From: Entomortierella parvispora E1425
Lineage: Eukaryota; Fungi; Mortierellomycota
NCBI GenBank assembly: GCA_020891255.1
Contig: BQFW01000006.1
Coordinates: 1,054,001-1,118,000, forward strand
Length of the DNA stretch: 64,000 nt
Direction: 5' to 3'
The translations under genes and the position numbers were made by a program. The notes beneath the pieces are model-generated. The model searched no databases and was not told the DNA's origin. It was given only the letters and a program-made list of their open reading frames with translations. Positions 1-12,884 of this stretch are shown in pieces. The stretch's first letter is position 1. The number at the start of each line of letters is the position of its first letter.

Positions 1-129
1 CCAGTGACGCTATAACAAATGGTGCTCTTGTCAGACAGAGCCACTCCTACCAATGTTCTGCAATAAAGATATAGATACCCTGTTTTCCTAAAACATTTTT
101 TTTTTTACTCTGCTTTCATTGTGGATGCT

Positions 130-2664
130 CTATCTGCCGCGTCCATGGTCCATTCCACGACGGTCATCCACCCGATCTTCCGAGTAACGCGATGTGATAT
201 CTCTAAACATCTTTTTGCACTCTACTCTGGCTCCCAGTTTTGAACAAAGCAAGAATGCGCCAGCCAATTTCCTGTGCATGGAATAAGTCTCGTCTGGTGG
301 GGGTGTCAATCTGTGCTTGAGCATCGTTGGGATCTGATCCTTGACTCTTTGGGTAATAGTCTGGTACCGGAAGTCGTACACATCCGGCGCTGATGGGTGG
401 AATGGCTCTGCCAGGGTCAAGAGCGAATTGATATGGGCTGTCTCCATCACGGGCGTCTCCTCGCCCGTCAAGAATCCTAGCTCACGGGAGTATTGCAGAC
501 ATGCCTCGCGGTCTCCAGAAGCGCCGGCCTGCAGCGTATGGAGGTAAAGGGTCGTGAATCTCTTGTCGAATCCTCGGGTTGCGCCAAAGTCCAACAGCTC
601 CAACTTGTTTGTTTCGGCATTATACAAAAAGTTGCTCCAGTTGGGGTCTGTTTGCATGTACTGAAACTCGAAAAGCTCCCGCAGACAGAGGGCCATAATG
701 CTGGTACCGATTCTATCCCTAGCTTCCTGATCGCGCAATGCCATGGCATGTTGCATCGTCTCGCCTGTCATCCATTCCATTGTGAGCACCATAGGTCCGC
801 AAGCCTCGGGGACCAAACGCGGCACTTGGAAGTCCCGATCATTCTCCAGCAGTCGCCCAAACTCTGCAATGCACTCTGCCTCTCGGAGGTAGTCAGTTTC
901 CCATCCAAGCTCACGCTGTGCGACTTTGATGGTGTTGTCAAGGTACATGCCTCGAGGAAGGAGACTGGACATGACAACTAGTGTCTTCAAGTTGGAGAGA
1001 TCAGAATCAATTGATGCAGCCACTCCTGGGTATTGGACTTTGACAGCCACCTCCATGCCTGTGGCGCGATGAACAGCGCGGTGAACTTGACCGATGGATG
1101 CTGCAGCAATGGGGGTCATGTTAAACTCGGAAAACTCAGACTCCCAGTTAGACCCCATTGTCTGGCTCATGACGCTCTGTAGAAAATTAGCAGAAAAATA
1201 CACATTATTAGTACGAGAGCTTCGCGCGAAGATATCAAAAGTGGTTTGAATGACAATCTCTTACCCTCATCTGCTTCTCAGGCATAAAGTTGGCACTGTT
1301 TTGAACCCTCAACAAGACCTCCTCCAACTCTGGTGGCAACATCTTGTTGTCTAGGTGGTCGCGTTGAATGTTTATAGGAGTTAGAACACAACATGGTAAT
1401 AGTATTATAATTCTCAAAGTGTAAGCATTTGCCTGCACATACCTTGGATACTCAACATCTGGCCCAACTTTAGGGCAGCTCCTCGCATCCTAGTAAGCTT
1501 ATTGACCAGACGATCCATGTTTGCTGGAGTCAAGAATGAAGGTGACTCGCTTGATGCTGTTCCTCGTCCAACGGACCGTCTGACCGTTTCCGAGATGGCT
1601 CCAATTCCCAAGGAGGCGGCCAATCCTATTGAACAACCCTTTGTTAGCACATGTTGTCTTCTCTTGGGAAACATGATCCGGTAAACGAGGTGATCATTAC
1701 CTCCGTAGTGCAGCAGTCGACTCACACGTGAAGTGGGCATTGCTGATTCAGTCAGGTTTTTTTTCGATATCTCAACAGGAGATCGATTCCCGACCTCCCG
1801 AACCTCCTGCTGGACGGGCTCAACGGCGCCAATATCAGGCTCCTGTTCTTCTGTTACGGATGTCAATGTCGAGGCATGCGGCGAAGGAGAGGAAGTTGGT
1901 GCTGCCGATCCTGCATCCTCTGAGGTGGATATATCGGCCTCAAATGCCTGTTGATCCGTAATAAGGTCCTGCTCATGGCTATGTTCCTCGGTATGCTGCA
2001 GAGATTCGTAAACCATCATCCTTGGACCCAGTCTCTCCTTTTGTTGCCATGCCTCAAAACTTGGATCAGCCAAGTTCAATCCCGTGGTATCCTCGGCATG
2101 CATAGAATCCAACCACTTGGATTCCCGGCGCAGTGTCTGTAATGCATCCATGTTGGTTGGGGTCTCCTTTTTGATTGCTTTCTGCTGGATCTGATGTGAG
2201 GCTGCAGGTGATGATAGTGGCGATGTTGCGGATTTCGCAGGCATCTCTGGCGCGATGGTCGTGACGGTAGGTCGATGATGACCATGCGCAGCTGGGGTGG
2301 CAAGAAAGCTTGGATCAAGCAGCGAAGGCTTCAACTGAGACTCTGAACCGTCGTATGCCTGAGCATTCACCAACGTTGGTTGGACCGGCGAGGAGGTCAA
2401 CGATGGGGTAGGGGTGAAGAGCTGATCGATCCATGTTGACGCCGGTCGGACGACACTGGACGGTGCTTCTCCTGTGGTTGAAGTAGAGGTAGTAGACTCT
2501 GCATTGGTGGACACTGTAGATGAGACCCGGTTCTTGCTCTTGAGTAGACTTGATGTAGCCGCATAGGACTTGAGCTGCTGCAACTCTAGGCCGAGGAACT
2601 TTTTTGAGACGCGGACGCCGACAGCAGCCAGTGCCTGGACATCAGCGTACCGACGGGCAGACAT
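130..2664 (-). CDS. COQ8: ABC1/UbiB-family atypical kinase Coq8 (759 aa; exons 2664-1701, 1625-1443, 1350-1265, 1176-130)
   Basis: Motifs MRGAALKLGQMLSIQ, PIAAASIGQVHRA, VAVKVQYPG, MQTDPNWSNF, LLDFGA and HRKLAGAFLLC. Three GT-AG introns join the ORFs in frame (2280 nt). Confidence 0.95.
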
Positions 2665-3740
2665 GTCGAGGGGAATGAGCTAAGGGGCGATGAATTGAAT
2701 GAATGAACGAACGAATGAATGAATGAGAGAGGTGCAGGGGTAGGTCGATGGGGCTCGAAGAGGACGACCAGGAAGGAGACGACCAGAAGACTGACTGGAC
2801 TGGAAGGACTGGGAGGGACTGGGAGGAACAAAACGGTCGCGGGTGTGCGGAGGGCGACGGTGGCTTAGCACCTGCAGATCAACAACACGGCCTCAATCTG
2901 TGCATCTGGTACCTGTGTGTCTGTGTGCCTGCGCTGTCTGCGCTGTCTGCGGCTGTGCTCCAGCAAGAGACCAGCGCAGATAGTCGTTTCGTCTTGCCAC
3001 CAGTCATGTCCGTTCTGATAATGGAAATGATGATGCCAGTCCTAAAGGAACGCCAAATCAACAACGCCAAACGACTAACCCATGTTTACAATACATCCAG
3101 TTCTTTGTTTGCTGCTTCGTGCCACTCAGAAGATTAGATTCAGCCATATGAATTCTAATATGAAGACTCAAAACCTCGATCTATTGTCCATCAGCGACCG
3201 CGCTCACTCGAGTTTCCGCGAAGACCTTGTGTATTACCAATCAGGCATTCAGTGTCAGTCCACCATTTCGGAAATTCCTCTCTAGGCAAAGACATTGCCG
3301 TCTCGCGACCTTCCCCTTTCCCCCTTCCGGCCACTTTCTGAACGCAGATCGCCATTGGCGGTAACCTCTGAAAAAGAAACGAACCAACACATTCGACGGA
3401 TCGCTCCGGAAGAGTGGACACGAGCATTGGACACAGGACCATGGAAGTGTGTTTGATGCATGTTCTCCACTTGAGGGGACCACAAAGAAGAGAGAGCGAC
3501 AAATTGCGCCCAATCACGCCCTCCCAGCTGGCAACTGTCGGACGGAGACACGCGCCAACCGCCAACCGACTTAACTCTATTTATTTATTTTAGGAGCTTT
3601 TGTCTTGTTCATCTCTCATTCTCTCATCCCCATCTCTCATCTCCACACTGCTCTTTCTCGCATCTCATTCCTGCCTCTCTGCAACAACAATAACTTTACT
3701 CTCCTGTCTCTCCACTAAAACACACTTATAATCACATACA
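2665..3740. promoter_or_regulatory. Divergent intergenic/promoter region between COQ8 and RAMP4
   Basis: Head-to-head genes; pyrimidine-rich tracts upstream of both starts; no credible ORF. Confidence 0.45.
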
Positions 3741-4101
3741 ATGGCCACTGCATCATCTCCCGTCATGCGCGCTCGTAACGGTAAGCGACCTTACCTTGTT
3801 TTTTTCCTCTTTTTTTTTTTCCTCCTTCATCCTTGTCTATCTTGGACCAATCCACTCATAACGATCCATTACCTCTCTGTTTCCAAAAACTGCAGCAAAA
3901 TACCAAGCTAATGTCACCAAGCGCGGACACACCAAGGGCGCCTCAGACAAGTCCCACTCATCGTCTTCTTCAACAACCAAGAGCAAAAGCTCAGCTGTGA
4001 GTCCGGCCCTGGCCGGCTTCTTGGTTGTCCTTCTCTGTGGAGGAGCCATTGTAGAAATCCTTCGACTCTTTGGCGCCGGAGCTCAGACCGATGGTTTTTA
4101 A
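3741..4101 (+). CDS. RAMP4: RAMP4/SERP1/Ysy6-family small ER membrane protein (81 aa; exons 3741-3780, 3896-4101); absent from the ORF track
   Basis: Spliced product MATASSPVMRARNAKYQANVTKRG...SAVSPALAGFLVVLLCGGAIVEILRLF...; GTAAGC donor and CTGCAG acceptor; C-terminal TM helix typical of the family. Confidence 0.85.
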
Positions 4102-4583
4102 GACAAGAAGGGACACGAAATAGGAAACGAATCGACTAGGCGTTCTGCCAGGAGCAAGAGGCCGGATTTTTTTTTTTATTCAACATTAGCCAGAAGCTGG
4201 CTTCTTTGCAGATGCTATCGAATGAAATGAAATGAACTTTGAACAACCCTACGCGAGCTACCCCTTCTTTTTTGTCAAAATGAGGTTCATCTAACCTGAC
4301 GACATTCAATGACTACATGTCACTGTGGCTGGAATCGTACCCTCTTCTACAGCTGGACGCGGCGACAAGAATCTCGGCCTGTCCACTGTGGGATCAGCCA
4401 CGTTTTGCTTTTAACAGAACCCAACGAACCAAGTAGCAACTGAAGGGGCAGGCCAGACGAGCTGGAAGAAATGCATCTGACAATCGGAATCAACAAAACT
4501 CCATGAACATCTGGAATTGACAGGAACTGCACGTTTTAAGGACAACAATGGACGTCAAAAGGGGTCAGCGCCCTTGGTCTCTT

Positions 4584-5512
4584 TTATTTGCGACGCCAGA
4601 CGCCGATTTTCTCCTTGCCCTGGCGCACATCAAACGAAGTGCAGTCGTCTACCAATAGGCATTCAAAGTTAGGGTCCAAGAGAGCATGGTATCCTTCGAT
4701 GCTGACCGCAAATGGAGGTCCATCCGTGTGGTCGCCAAGGGGATACATGAGTGTGATGAGGACACCACCCTTAGGGATGAGCTCGCCCATTCGACGACCC
4801 CAATCTGGCCTTTGCTCAGGTTGGATCGCACAAAAGAAACTAGTTTTTTGAGGACGAATGGGAAGTTAGTGTCGTGTAAAGAGGAAACATTCAAAGCCCC
4901 CATTGCCCGTCTTCTCTCTTACGTGTAATCGTAAACGAGTTGGAATCCTCCAGCAGGGATGTCAAACTTGAAAAAGTCGCCCTCAAAGAACTCGGCTTGA
5001 GACTCGGGGATGTGCTTCTCGGCACGGATCTGAATAAAATGTAGGGGTGTGAGCTGACAAAACAGACAGGACACTAGAAATGACATCAACCCCATGAATT
5101 GAGACTTGAAGACTTACATCCTTGCACTGCTGCACAGCAATGGGACTGATATCGAGACCATAGGCCTTGCGGTGCTCATTGCTGAGGTAAAAGACATCGA
5201 CACCGCGTCCGCAGCCGGGAACGAGGACATTACCAGTCTGAGGGATCTGGTCCTTGATGGGCTTTTGCTCTATGACCTCAACTAGAGCTGGGCTGGGCGT
5301 TGATTTGTCCCAAGGATGGATGCCTCTCTTCCATAGCTCGTTCCAGCCTGATAAAGAAGCAATACAAACACCTCTTCACGTTAGTCAAAACCTGCATACT
5401 GCGCTTTGCTCTTGGAAATATGACGAATCAGGATCGTAGCACACGAAATGAGAATGAGGCGATGTCACTTGCCGTCGGGCTGCTGGACAATGGACTTGCT
5501 GACATCGTTCAT
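4584..5512 (-). CDS. SAM-dependent thiol/halide methyltransferase, TPMT/HOL-like, copy A (210 aa; exons 5512-5473, 5347-5118, 5029-4923, 4839-4584)
   Basis: W..LW...HPWD, VLVPGCGRGVDV (SAM motif I), GLDISP, GDFF, YDYTFFCAI and GPPF motifs. First intron is GC-AG. Exons total 633 nt. Confidence 0.9.
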
Positions 5513-5869
5513 GGTGAGAATGTGTTTGTGGTGTGTTGAAATGGAAAAGTGAGGAGAAGAGGAAGGGGGGTTGTCATGTGGAGATGTGGAGATGGGCATC
5601 CCCTGGACTATTTAAGCGAATCTCGCGCGCTCACTGGTTTCCCCGCCCCAATTTTTGCTCCCACGATCTGGACTGACTGTCACCTCCACGCGAAAGTGAC
5701 AGCTTCAAAGAACAGCGCAGTCAAGGACATCCCTTGCCTTTGCTTCTCTTCCTTCTCCTGCTATTGATTCCGATCTTCCGGAACAAGCATGTACCTCACT
5801 GGACACGTAACGCCGTGTTCCAGGCTGTCTAGCCCCATTGGCGCGCTGCGCAGGTGTCAACGCGAGCTG

Positions 5870-6120
5870 GAACAAATCTCTGCAAGCAACCTAGCGCAGA
5901 CGCATACCAGTCTTCCACGAACATACAGCGGGTTGACATGCCAAGAAAGTGAATATTATTCCATCCGCAGTTTGAACATTTGATCCCGATCCTGACAGCT
6001 GATCACAGTTTTTTGCAGATGAGTGTAACTGAACATTCAACATTTCCTTCTAGATCGGCTGGGTACAGACGGGAGGTCGGCAAGGAAGCGATCGCCATCG
6101 CAGAAACTACTGGAGCAAGT
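5870..6120 (+). pseudogene. Decayed internal fragment of the neighbouring GH5 (EGCrP-like) gene
   Basis: 5975-6013 matches 9706-9744 at 34/39 nt, 6032-6050 matches 9762-9780 at 18/19 nt, and 6099-6114 matches 9854-9869 at 15/16 nt, all collinear. No intact reading frame. The left boundary is approximate. Confidence 0.8.
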
Positions 6121-6203
6121 CGAAATGATCACAGAGCTTCAATTGAACTCTTTAATAATAATAGCAACAAATGTTGGGAAAGATGAACGCCCTTTGTGTC
6201 TTT

Positions 6204-7132
6204 TTATTTGCGACGCCAAACACCAATTTTCTCCTTGCCCTGACGCGTCACGAACGAGGTGCAGTCGTCAATCAACAGACATTCAAAGTCGGCGTCCAGG
6301 ACAGCATGGTAGGCTTCGATGCTGACCGCAAAGGGAGGTCCATCCGTATGATCGCCTAGGGGGCACATAAGCGTGATGAGAACACCGCCCTTGGAAATGA
6401 GCTCTCCCATTCGACGACCCCAATCTGGCCTTTGCTCAGGTTGGATCGCACAAAAGAAACTAGTTTTTTGAGGACAAATGGGAAGTTAGTGTCGTGTAAA
6501 GAGGAAGCATTCAGAACCTCCATGCCTGTCTCCTCTCTTACGTGTAATCGTAAGCGAGTTGGAATCCTCCAGCAGGGATGTCAAACTTGAAAAAGTCGCC
6601 TTCCAAGAACTCGGCATGAGACTCGGGGATGTTCTTCTCGGTACGGATCTGGATAGGATGGGGGTCGCAGAATACAGGGATGTGAGATGCCGGAACAAAC
6701 AGGGGATTGAAAAGGATAACCTTGCGAAATGAAACTGAAGACTTACATCCTTGCACTGCTGCACAGCAATGGGACTGATATCGAGACCATAGGCCTTGCG
6801 ATGTTCATTACCGAGGTAAAAGACATCGACACCGCGTCCGCAGCCGGGAACGAGGACATTACCAGACTGGGGGATCTGGTCCTTGATGGGCTTTTGCTCT
6901 ATGACCTCGATCAGGGCTGGGCTGGGCGTGGGTTTATCCCAAGGATGAATACCTTTCCTCCACAGTTCGTTCCAGCCTGATAAAGAGACAATGCAGATAG
7001 TCCAATTGTCAGCCACGTTTTACTCCTCGGAATACGGGGGAATCAGAGTCATGCGAATGAGATGAGAATGAGTCTGAGTCAATGTCACTTGCCATCAGGC
7101 TCCTTGACAATGGACTGGCTGAGTTCGTTCAT
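6204..7132 (-). CDS. SAM-dependent thiol/halide methyltransferase, TPMT/HOL-like, copy B (210 aa; exons 7132-7093, 6976-6747, 6648-6542, 6459-6204)
   Basis: Tandem paralog of copy A with identical exon lengths (40/230/107/256 nt), the same motifs and the same GC-AG first intron. Confidence 0.9.
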
Positions 7133-8492
7133 GGTGCGGATGTGTTTGTGGTGCAAGAGAGGAAATGAGAGGAATGATTGAATGGACAAATGGCACTCTG
7201 ACGCCTCTTTATACGAATTTCCCAATTTGCTCACAGGATTGGGAAAGACAAAACAGGTTGCTTGCACGCGAAACTTCGTCTCGTTGTGGACACCTCACTA
7301 GGTGGAGATACCCTTGCCTTGTTCCTCATCGACCATCGTTCAAGAGGCTCCCCCTGTGGAAGTAGCATTAAAGCACCGAAGTGGCTACGATTTGGCAGAG
7401 AAAAGAGAACAGGGCAAAGTGAAACTCATGCTGCTTGGCAACTCCCAAGGGATCAAACAATCTCATTCTTGCAAACTTGCGGACAGTCTTTTAGTACAGC
7501 CTGTAGGCAGAACCATGCCGCCATTCCATGGACATGCTACGACTTCTGTCTTGAACTGTAAGCAGGGCATCTGAAAATCACGGAGGCAAGTCCAGGAGGC
7601 ACACAGAAAAGCCCTGTCTAGAGTCCTTGCCAGTTCAGGAAGGGCTGGTAGAGAACGCGTTTTTCTGGTGACAACTCTTGACGCGATCTGGCTTTGAAAG
7701 AGAGTCAGACAGTCAGGCCACTTTTTCGAGGGCTTTTTTCTCAGGGGGGAGCGTGACACAAACAGAGGTGTCCAAGGGTTGGGTGCCAGCGAACATCACG
7801 ACAGTCTAGTGGAGATAAAAAGGGGCTTGAGATGGAAGACGTCCAAGGCGGAAGAATCATCTGCCCGCTGAAATCCGATCGAGCTGGACGAGTGCAGGAC
7901 GAGAGAAGCCAACATGCCAACGACGTTGTTCCCAGCCGGTTTTGTGTGAGGACAGCACGTCCCTTTGGTGCTGCAGCCCTGATGATCACGCTGTGTGGCG
8001 CGTGTGTTTGTGTCGATGAAAGCATGGCGATGCACGCTCCTCTTCCTCTTCACCCCTGTGTGGAACAAGACTCTCTAGCAGTCAAACGACATGTCGGCCA
8101 GAAACATAAAAGGGCGGTAGCAATCGTCGAAAAAAGTCCTCAATTGTTCACATTCCCTCTTTGCTCCCTGTCTTGTTCATCGTTTGAATGAACAAAAAAA
8201 ACTTAGTCCCTCCTCAACGCTTTCTTCTCTTTCTCGCCAACTCCAGTTGCACCTCCCCGTATATCCACCCAACTTTCCCCTGTTCTTGATTCCACTCTGT
8301 CCCTAATCTGTGTGTTTGCCACGCCCTATATCTAATTCCTCGGGGCAACTCGACCCACATTGCACTTTGTTTTTTCAGCACTCCCCTGATACCACTTGCG
8401 AGCGATCAAGTCCTCTCGCGCTCATTCCTCCCTCTTTTCGTAAAAATTCTTCTCTCCTTGCTTTTTTTCCACATTATCAACAGCACGGAGCA
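7133..8492. promoter_or_regulatory. Divergent promoter region between methyltransferase B and the GH5 gene
   Basis: Head-to-head arrangement. Short blocks (CCCAATTT, CACGCGAAA, CCCTTGCCTT) also occur upstream of copy A at about 5645-5740. Confidence 0.45.
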
Positions 8493-11400
8493 ATGTCCAG
8501 GCAGCCTGATTTGACTTCAAGCTTCGGCAATGCATGGGAGTCTGCAAAACTAGCAGCCAAGGACGGATGGATTCTCGATCCTCAAAACAGAGTCGTGATC
8601 CTACATGGCATCAACCTCTCTGGAGGATCCAAGATGCCGTTCTTGAGTGCTTCAGAAGCTGCTGCTGCAGTCGCTGATGCATCCAGCTTCTCATCTTCCC
8701 CCACGGGGGACAGTATACAACAGCAGCCAGCCTATTTTGGAGCCACCCCAACACCAACGCCACTAGCGGCAGCATCCAACAAGACCAAAAAAGAGCAACA
8801 AAAAGAGGAAGAGATCCGTATCATGAACAAAGGCGAGGTCCCTGGAGTGATGTATGCGTACAAAGTAGAGCACTTCTTCGACCATCGACAGGTTTCGTTC
8901 GTGAATCGACCATTCACCCTGGAACAAGCCGACCTTCATTTTGAGAGACTGGCTCGATGGGGCTGTCAGTGCCTCCGGGTTCTCGTGCCATGGGAAGCAC
9001 TTGAGCATGCCGGACCGTAAGCTGATCTTGCAGTGATTTAGCCGCGCGCGCTGAGGTCATGGCACGTGTTTTCCTGACGAGCATCTTTTTTTTCCCTCTC
9101 AAAACAGAGGCATCTACGACGAGGATTATATTGAATACTTGATCAAACTTCTCAAGATCGCAGGAAAATACGGACTCAAGTGTTTCTTGGACCCCCATGT
9201 CGATTGTTGGAGTCGATTCACCGGTGGATCTGGAATGTAGGTGCCCGATACAGTGACTACAGGACCTACATCATATACCTCTATGTCACTCACTATATTC
9301 CTTTCCTTCTATACCTTTCATAGGCCTGGCTGGACTCTTGAATTGGTGGGACTAGAGATGACAAAATTCGAACCTACAGAAGCTGCAACTGTCCAGAACG
9401 TAAGAGCTGTTCTTGATCTTGGTCACCATTCAGTTACGAACGTTGCCTAATCTAGACATTTTGGAAACAGACATCCAAGGACAAGGAAGACTATCCCAAG
9501 ATGATCTGGGCTACAAACAGCTTTAAGGTTGCAGCCGCTACCATGTACACGCTATTCTTTTCAGGACAGATCTTTGCACCAAAGGCCATGGTCCCACTAT
9601 CAACCGTTACCCTAGCTTATTTACGAAGAATTCATTCAACCGTTGTCGCAGACGAGGCATACAGACGAGGGGTGGAAGGCGGTGTCAAAGCTCCGTCACC
9701 GGTTCAACATCTGATCCCGATCCCGAGAGCCGATCACAGTTTTGTCGAGGCAGGACAAGTCAACATTCAACATTTTCTTCAGGGCCATTTTATTGAAGCG
9801 TTTTGTCATTTGGTGAAGAGGATTCGGGAGGATGATGCGAAGGTGATTGCCGCCGCAGAAGCTACTGGAAACCGCAGAGGCTCTGGCGCTGACATGATAG
9901 GACTTTTGGCATCCGGTACCGTGATGGGATTGGATTCGATTAATGAGCCCTCTCCAGGCTACCTGAACCATCCAGATTTGAACAAATTGGTAGAGCTGGC
10001 AGATCTCCAGATCGGAACATGTCCTACCCCGATCCAGGGCTTGGAACTGGCGCAGGGACGAACTGTGGAGTGTGAAGTTTGGAAGACTGGAGGATTGGGG
10101 CCAATGAAGACAGGATCGGCCAAAGTAAACCCGGATAATATCAACCTGTGGAAACGGCCTTATTGGAAGACACGGCAACAGGTCGATCAAGACGGCGTTA
10201 ACAACGGAACTCTGCACCCTCCATCTGCGCCAACCATGCCGGATAGCTCTTCTGCTCGAGATACCCACATGTTTTTTCCCTCGGTTCGCTCTCCTTTTGA
10301 TATGGTCTCAAGTCTCGACATATCTTCGGCAAAGACTGCAATTGCCAACACACTGGGCTTGATGGAAAGTGGAAACGGAAAGGGGCTTTCGGCTCAGGCG
10401 CTAACTGAAGCACACCTGCCTAAGACTGGATGGCCAGCACCCTCCGGCTACAGTGACCTATGCCTTTGGGCCGATCATAAAGTCTGGGATCCTCAAACAG
10501 GCAAGTTATTGAAGCCCAACTATTTCGAAAGAATACCAACCCAAGGAGTCCAGGTCGCTATCGGATACCAACCTGGAAAGGAAGTCGAGTGGAAAGAAGA
10601 TTTCTGGTTACCGTTTGTTAACACGTTTTCACTGCGGTTACGTCAAGAGGAGCCCAGACTGACAATGTTTGTGGAACCGCCGATTAACGAGGCACCACCG
10701 ATTTTTAAATTGGAAAAAGTCCTCATCGGAGGCACAGGAGACCACCTCATGAATATGATACGGGCCTTGGTACACTGGAAACCTTTGGATCGGTTCAGGA
10801 ATCAGCATACTCTTACGACATTTAGTCGAAGATCTGCCTCGGCAAACATGACCACGGCAGCAGTGACAGAATCCGAGGGGACCCCCAATGCCGATACAAC
10901 TGGCAACAAAGGGAAGGGACTCTCTACTAGGCGAATCGAGGACGACCTGCACGATAACGCATGTCAGAATCCCAGTTTTGATCCTGTTGGGGATGTCAGC
11001 GAGAACATTGTGGTGGCGCCTCACTTTTATGACGGATACACGAACGTGACCAGAGACTTTGTGCCTTTCACTTTGGATTACCTGGGCTACAAACGTGGCA
11101 TCTACTGGTCGGTGTTGGGCGCTTTGAAATTTGGATGGTCAGGCGTAGGACTGGCATGGAAGGACCAAGTACAGGGAATTCAGTCAGACATCCGTTTCGC
11201 GATGGGTCATCAACATGGTATCCTCATGGGTGAGACAGGTGTGCCAATGGACATGCACGACAAGGCCAGTTTTAAGCATCGGTATGGATCTCCAAAACAA
11301 GTCTTTGCGATGCAGCTCATGCTGGACGCTATGGATTCGTCAATGCTCAGCTTCACACTCTGGAACTATTGCGCAGATAACTCGAATCAGTGGGGAGATC

Positions 11401-12884
11401 GGTGGAATGGAGAGGACTTTAGTGTTTGGTGTCCACCAGAAAACGACTTTTTGGAGCCAGACTTTCCTTTGTCATCTTTGTCTGGATCGAAAACTGGGTC
11501 TGGAATTTTGGCGCGTAGAGGGAATTCAAGAAATGAGATGAACGATGTGACTCTGACAGAGATTTCGACAGAGATTGGCACAGGAAAAGAGGTTGCTGGA
11601 TGCCACGAAGGTCTAATTTGGTGGTGCTGTCTTCCAGGAAATTTTGTTTGGACACGCAGGACAGCTCCAAAGAGACTGGTGGTCATTTCTGTGGATCCAG
11701 TGACGGAACCGCCTTCGGCATACAATGCAGGAATGGCGGCATCGTCCTCAAATCCAACCTCGATAGCCTCCGCCAACACCGCAGGCACAGGATCTCCATT
11801 GACAGGGAAGAGCGCTGTAGGACCAGCACCGGCTACACTGGATTCATGGCAGGACATCCTTCCTTTGTCTCTGCAGATCGAACGCAGTCGCCCAGAGTTT
11901 TATTCCGGTCTCCGTGTCACCGAGACATTTATTCGGGCATATCCCTTGGCCATCTGGGGAGAGCCATTGATGTACAAGTTTGAACCTGGAAAGCCGCTCT
12001 CAGGATCTAGCCTCTCCTCTCCCCGGTTCAAGGCCAGGACGAACGATGTCGCAAGTTGGGGAAACCGCTTTGTGATGTTCTTCAAGCTTGAATGTAATCG
12101 GCGCCCGAGTCGTGATGGCCACTGCAAACCGCAGCAGAACGAAATATCTACTGCACCGCCTACCGACGTGTTCTTGCCAAGATTTCATTTCTCATTGGAT
12201 TCGCCTTCAGGGGTAGATCAGTTTGAGTCCCTTCGATACGTACAGGAGGTCAATGAAGGACGGATGTCAACGCACTCGGCATCTCTGCCGTCATCGCTAT
12301 CACCCACACTGAGAACGCAATCTCAAAAGGACAAAGGTCGCTGGCACAGGCTTGATATCAAGATCTCGGATGGACATTTCACTCTGACGCCGGATCGTCA
12401 ACTTCTTCAAGTTTGGACCACACCCAATATCTCCCTCAAGACGACCATGACCGACAATGGCCGTGCTATAGCTTATAACCCTCAAGATAACTTGGCTTCA
12501 ACGGCATCCTTGTTTGAAGCGGCTGAGACGCGGATCAAGAACCTCTTTGACGAAGGATGGGACGGTCAATTGGGTATCACCACTGAATCTGAGAAGGACT
12601 GGATCCGTCGATTGTGGGCCGAGATGCAAAAGGGTCTAGCTGAGGCCGAGAGTTTTGTCCGCCCCTCCATCTTTTCGTGTTTCTGGTCAACGCCTTCAGA
12701 GGATGATGTTGCGGTGGAGGAGAAGAAGCGACTCAAGTTGAAAGAGTTGCAGCAACGGTGGCGCGATCGGGTTGGACTGCCGGTCAAGGGAGCAGCGTTC
12801 TGTCAGCAGTGTGGACAGTTGGAGGTGATGCATTTGCATGGGATTGAGGCTCAGCTCTCGATGTGGTCTGGATACCGTGGCTAG
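8493..12884 (+). CDS. GH5 endoglycoceramidase-related / steryl-beta-glucosidase-like protein (EGCrP/Egh1 family), 1385 aa; exons 8493-9016, 9108-9236, 9324-9399, 9456-12884
   Basis: RVVILHGINLSG, RPFTLEQAD.HF.RL..WG, WEALEHAGPGIYD, DPHVD.WSRFTGGSG, acid/base motif NEP, APHFYDG, nucleophile motif GETG, and W.Y...N...WGD.WNGEDFS. Three GT-AG introns keep the frame. Confidence 0.9.

Noticed and set aside
7262-8191. Several 90-120 aa ORFs in the methyltransferase B / GH5 intergenic region, possibly a TE relic
   Set aside because: No recognisable transposase, RT or other motifs, no terminal repeats, and overlapping ORFs on both strands.
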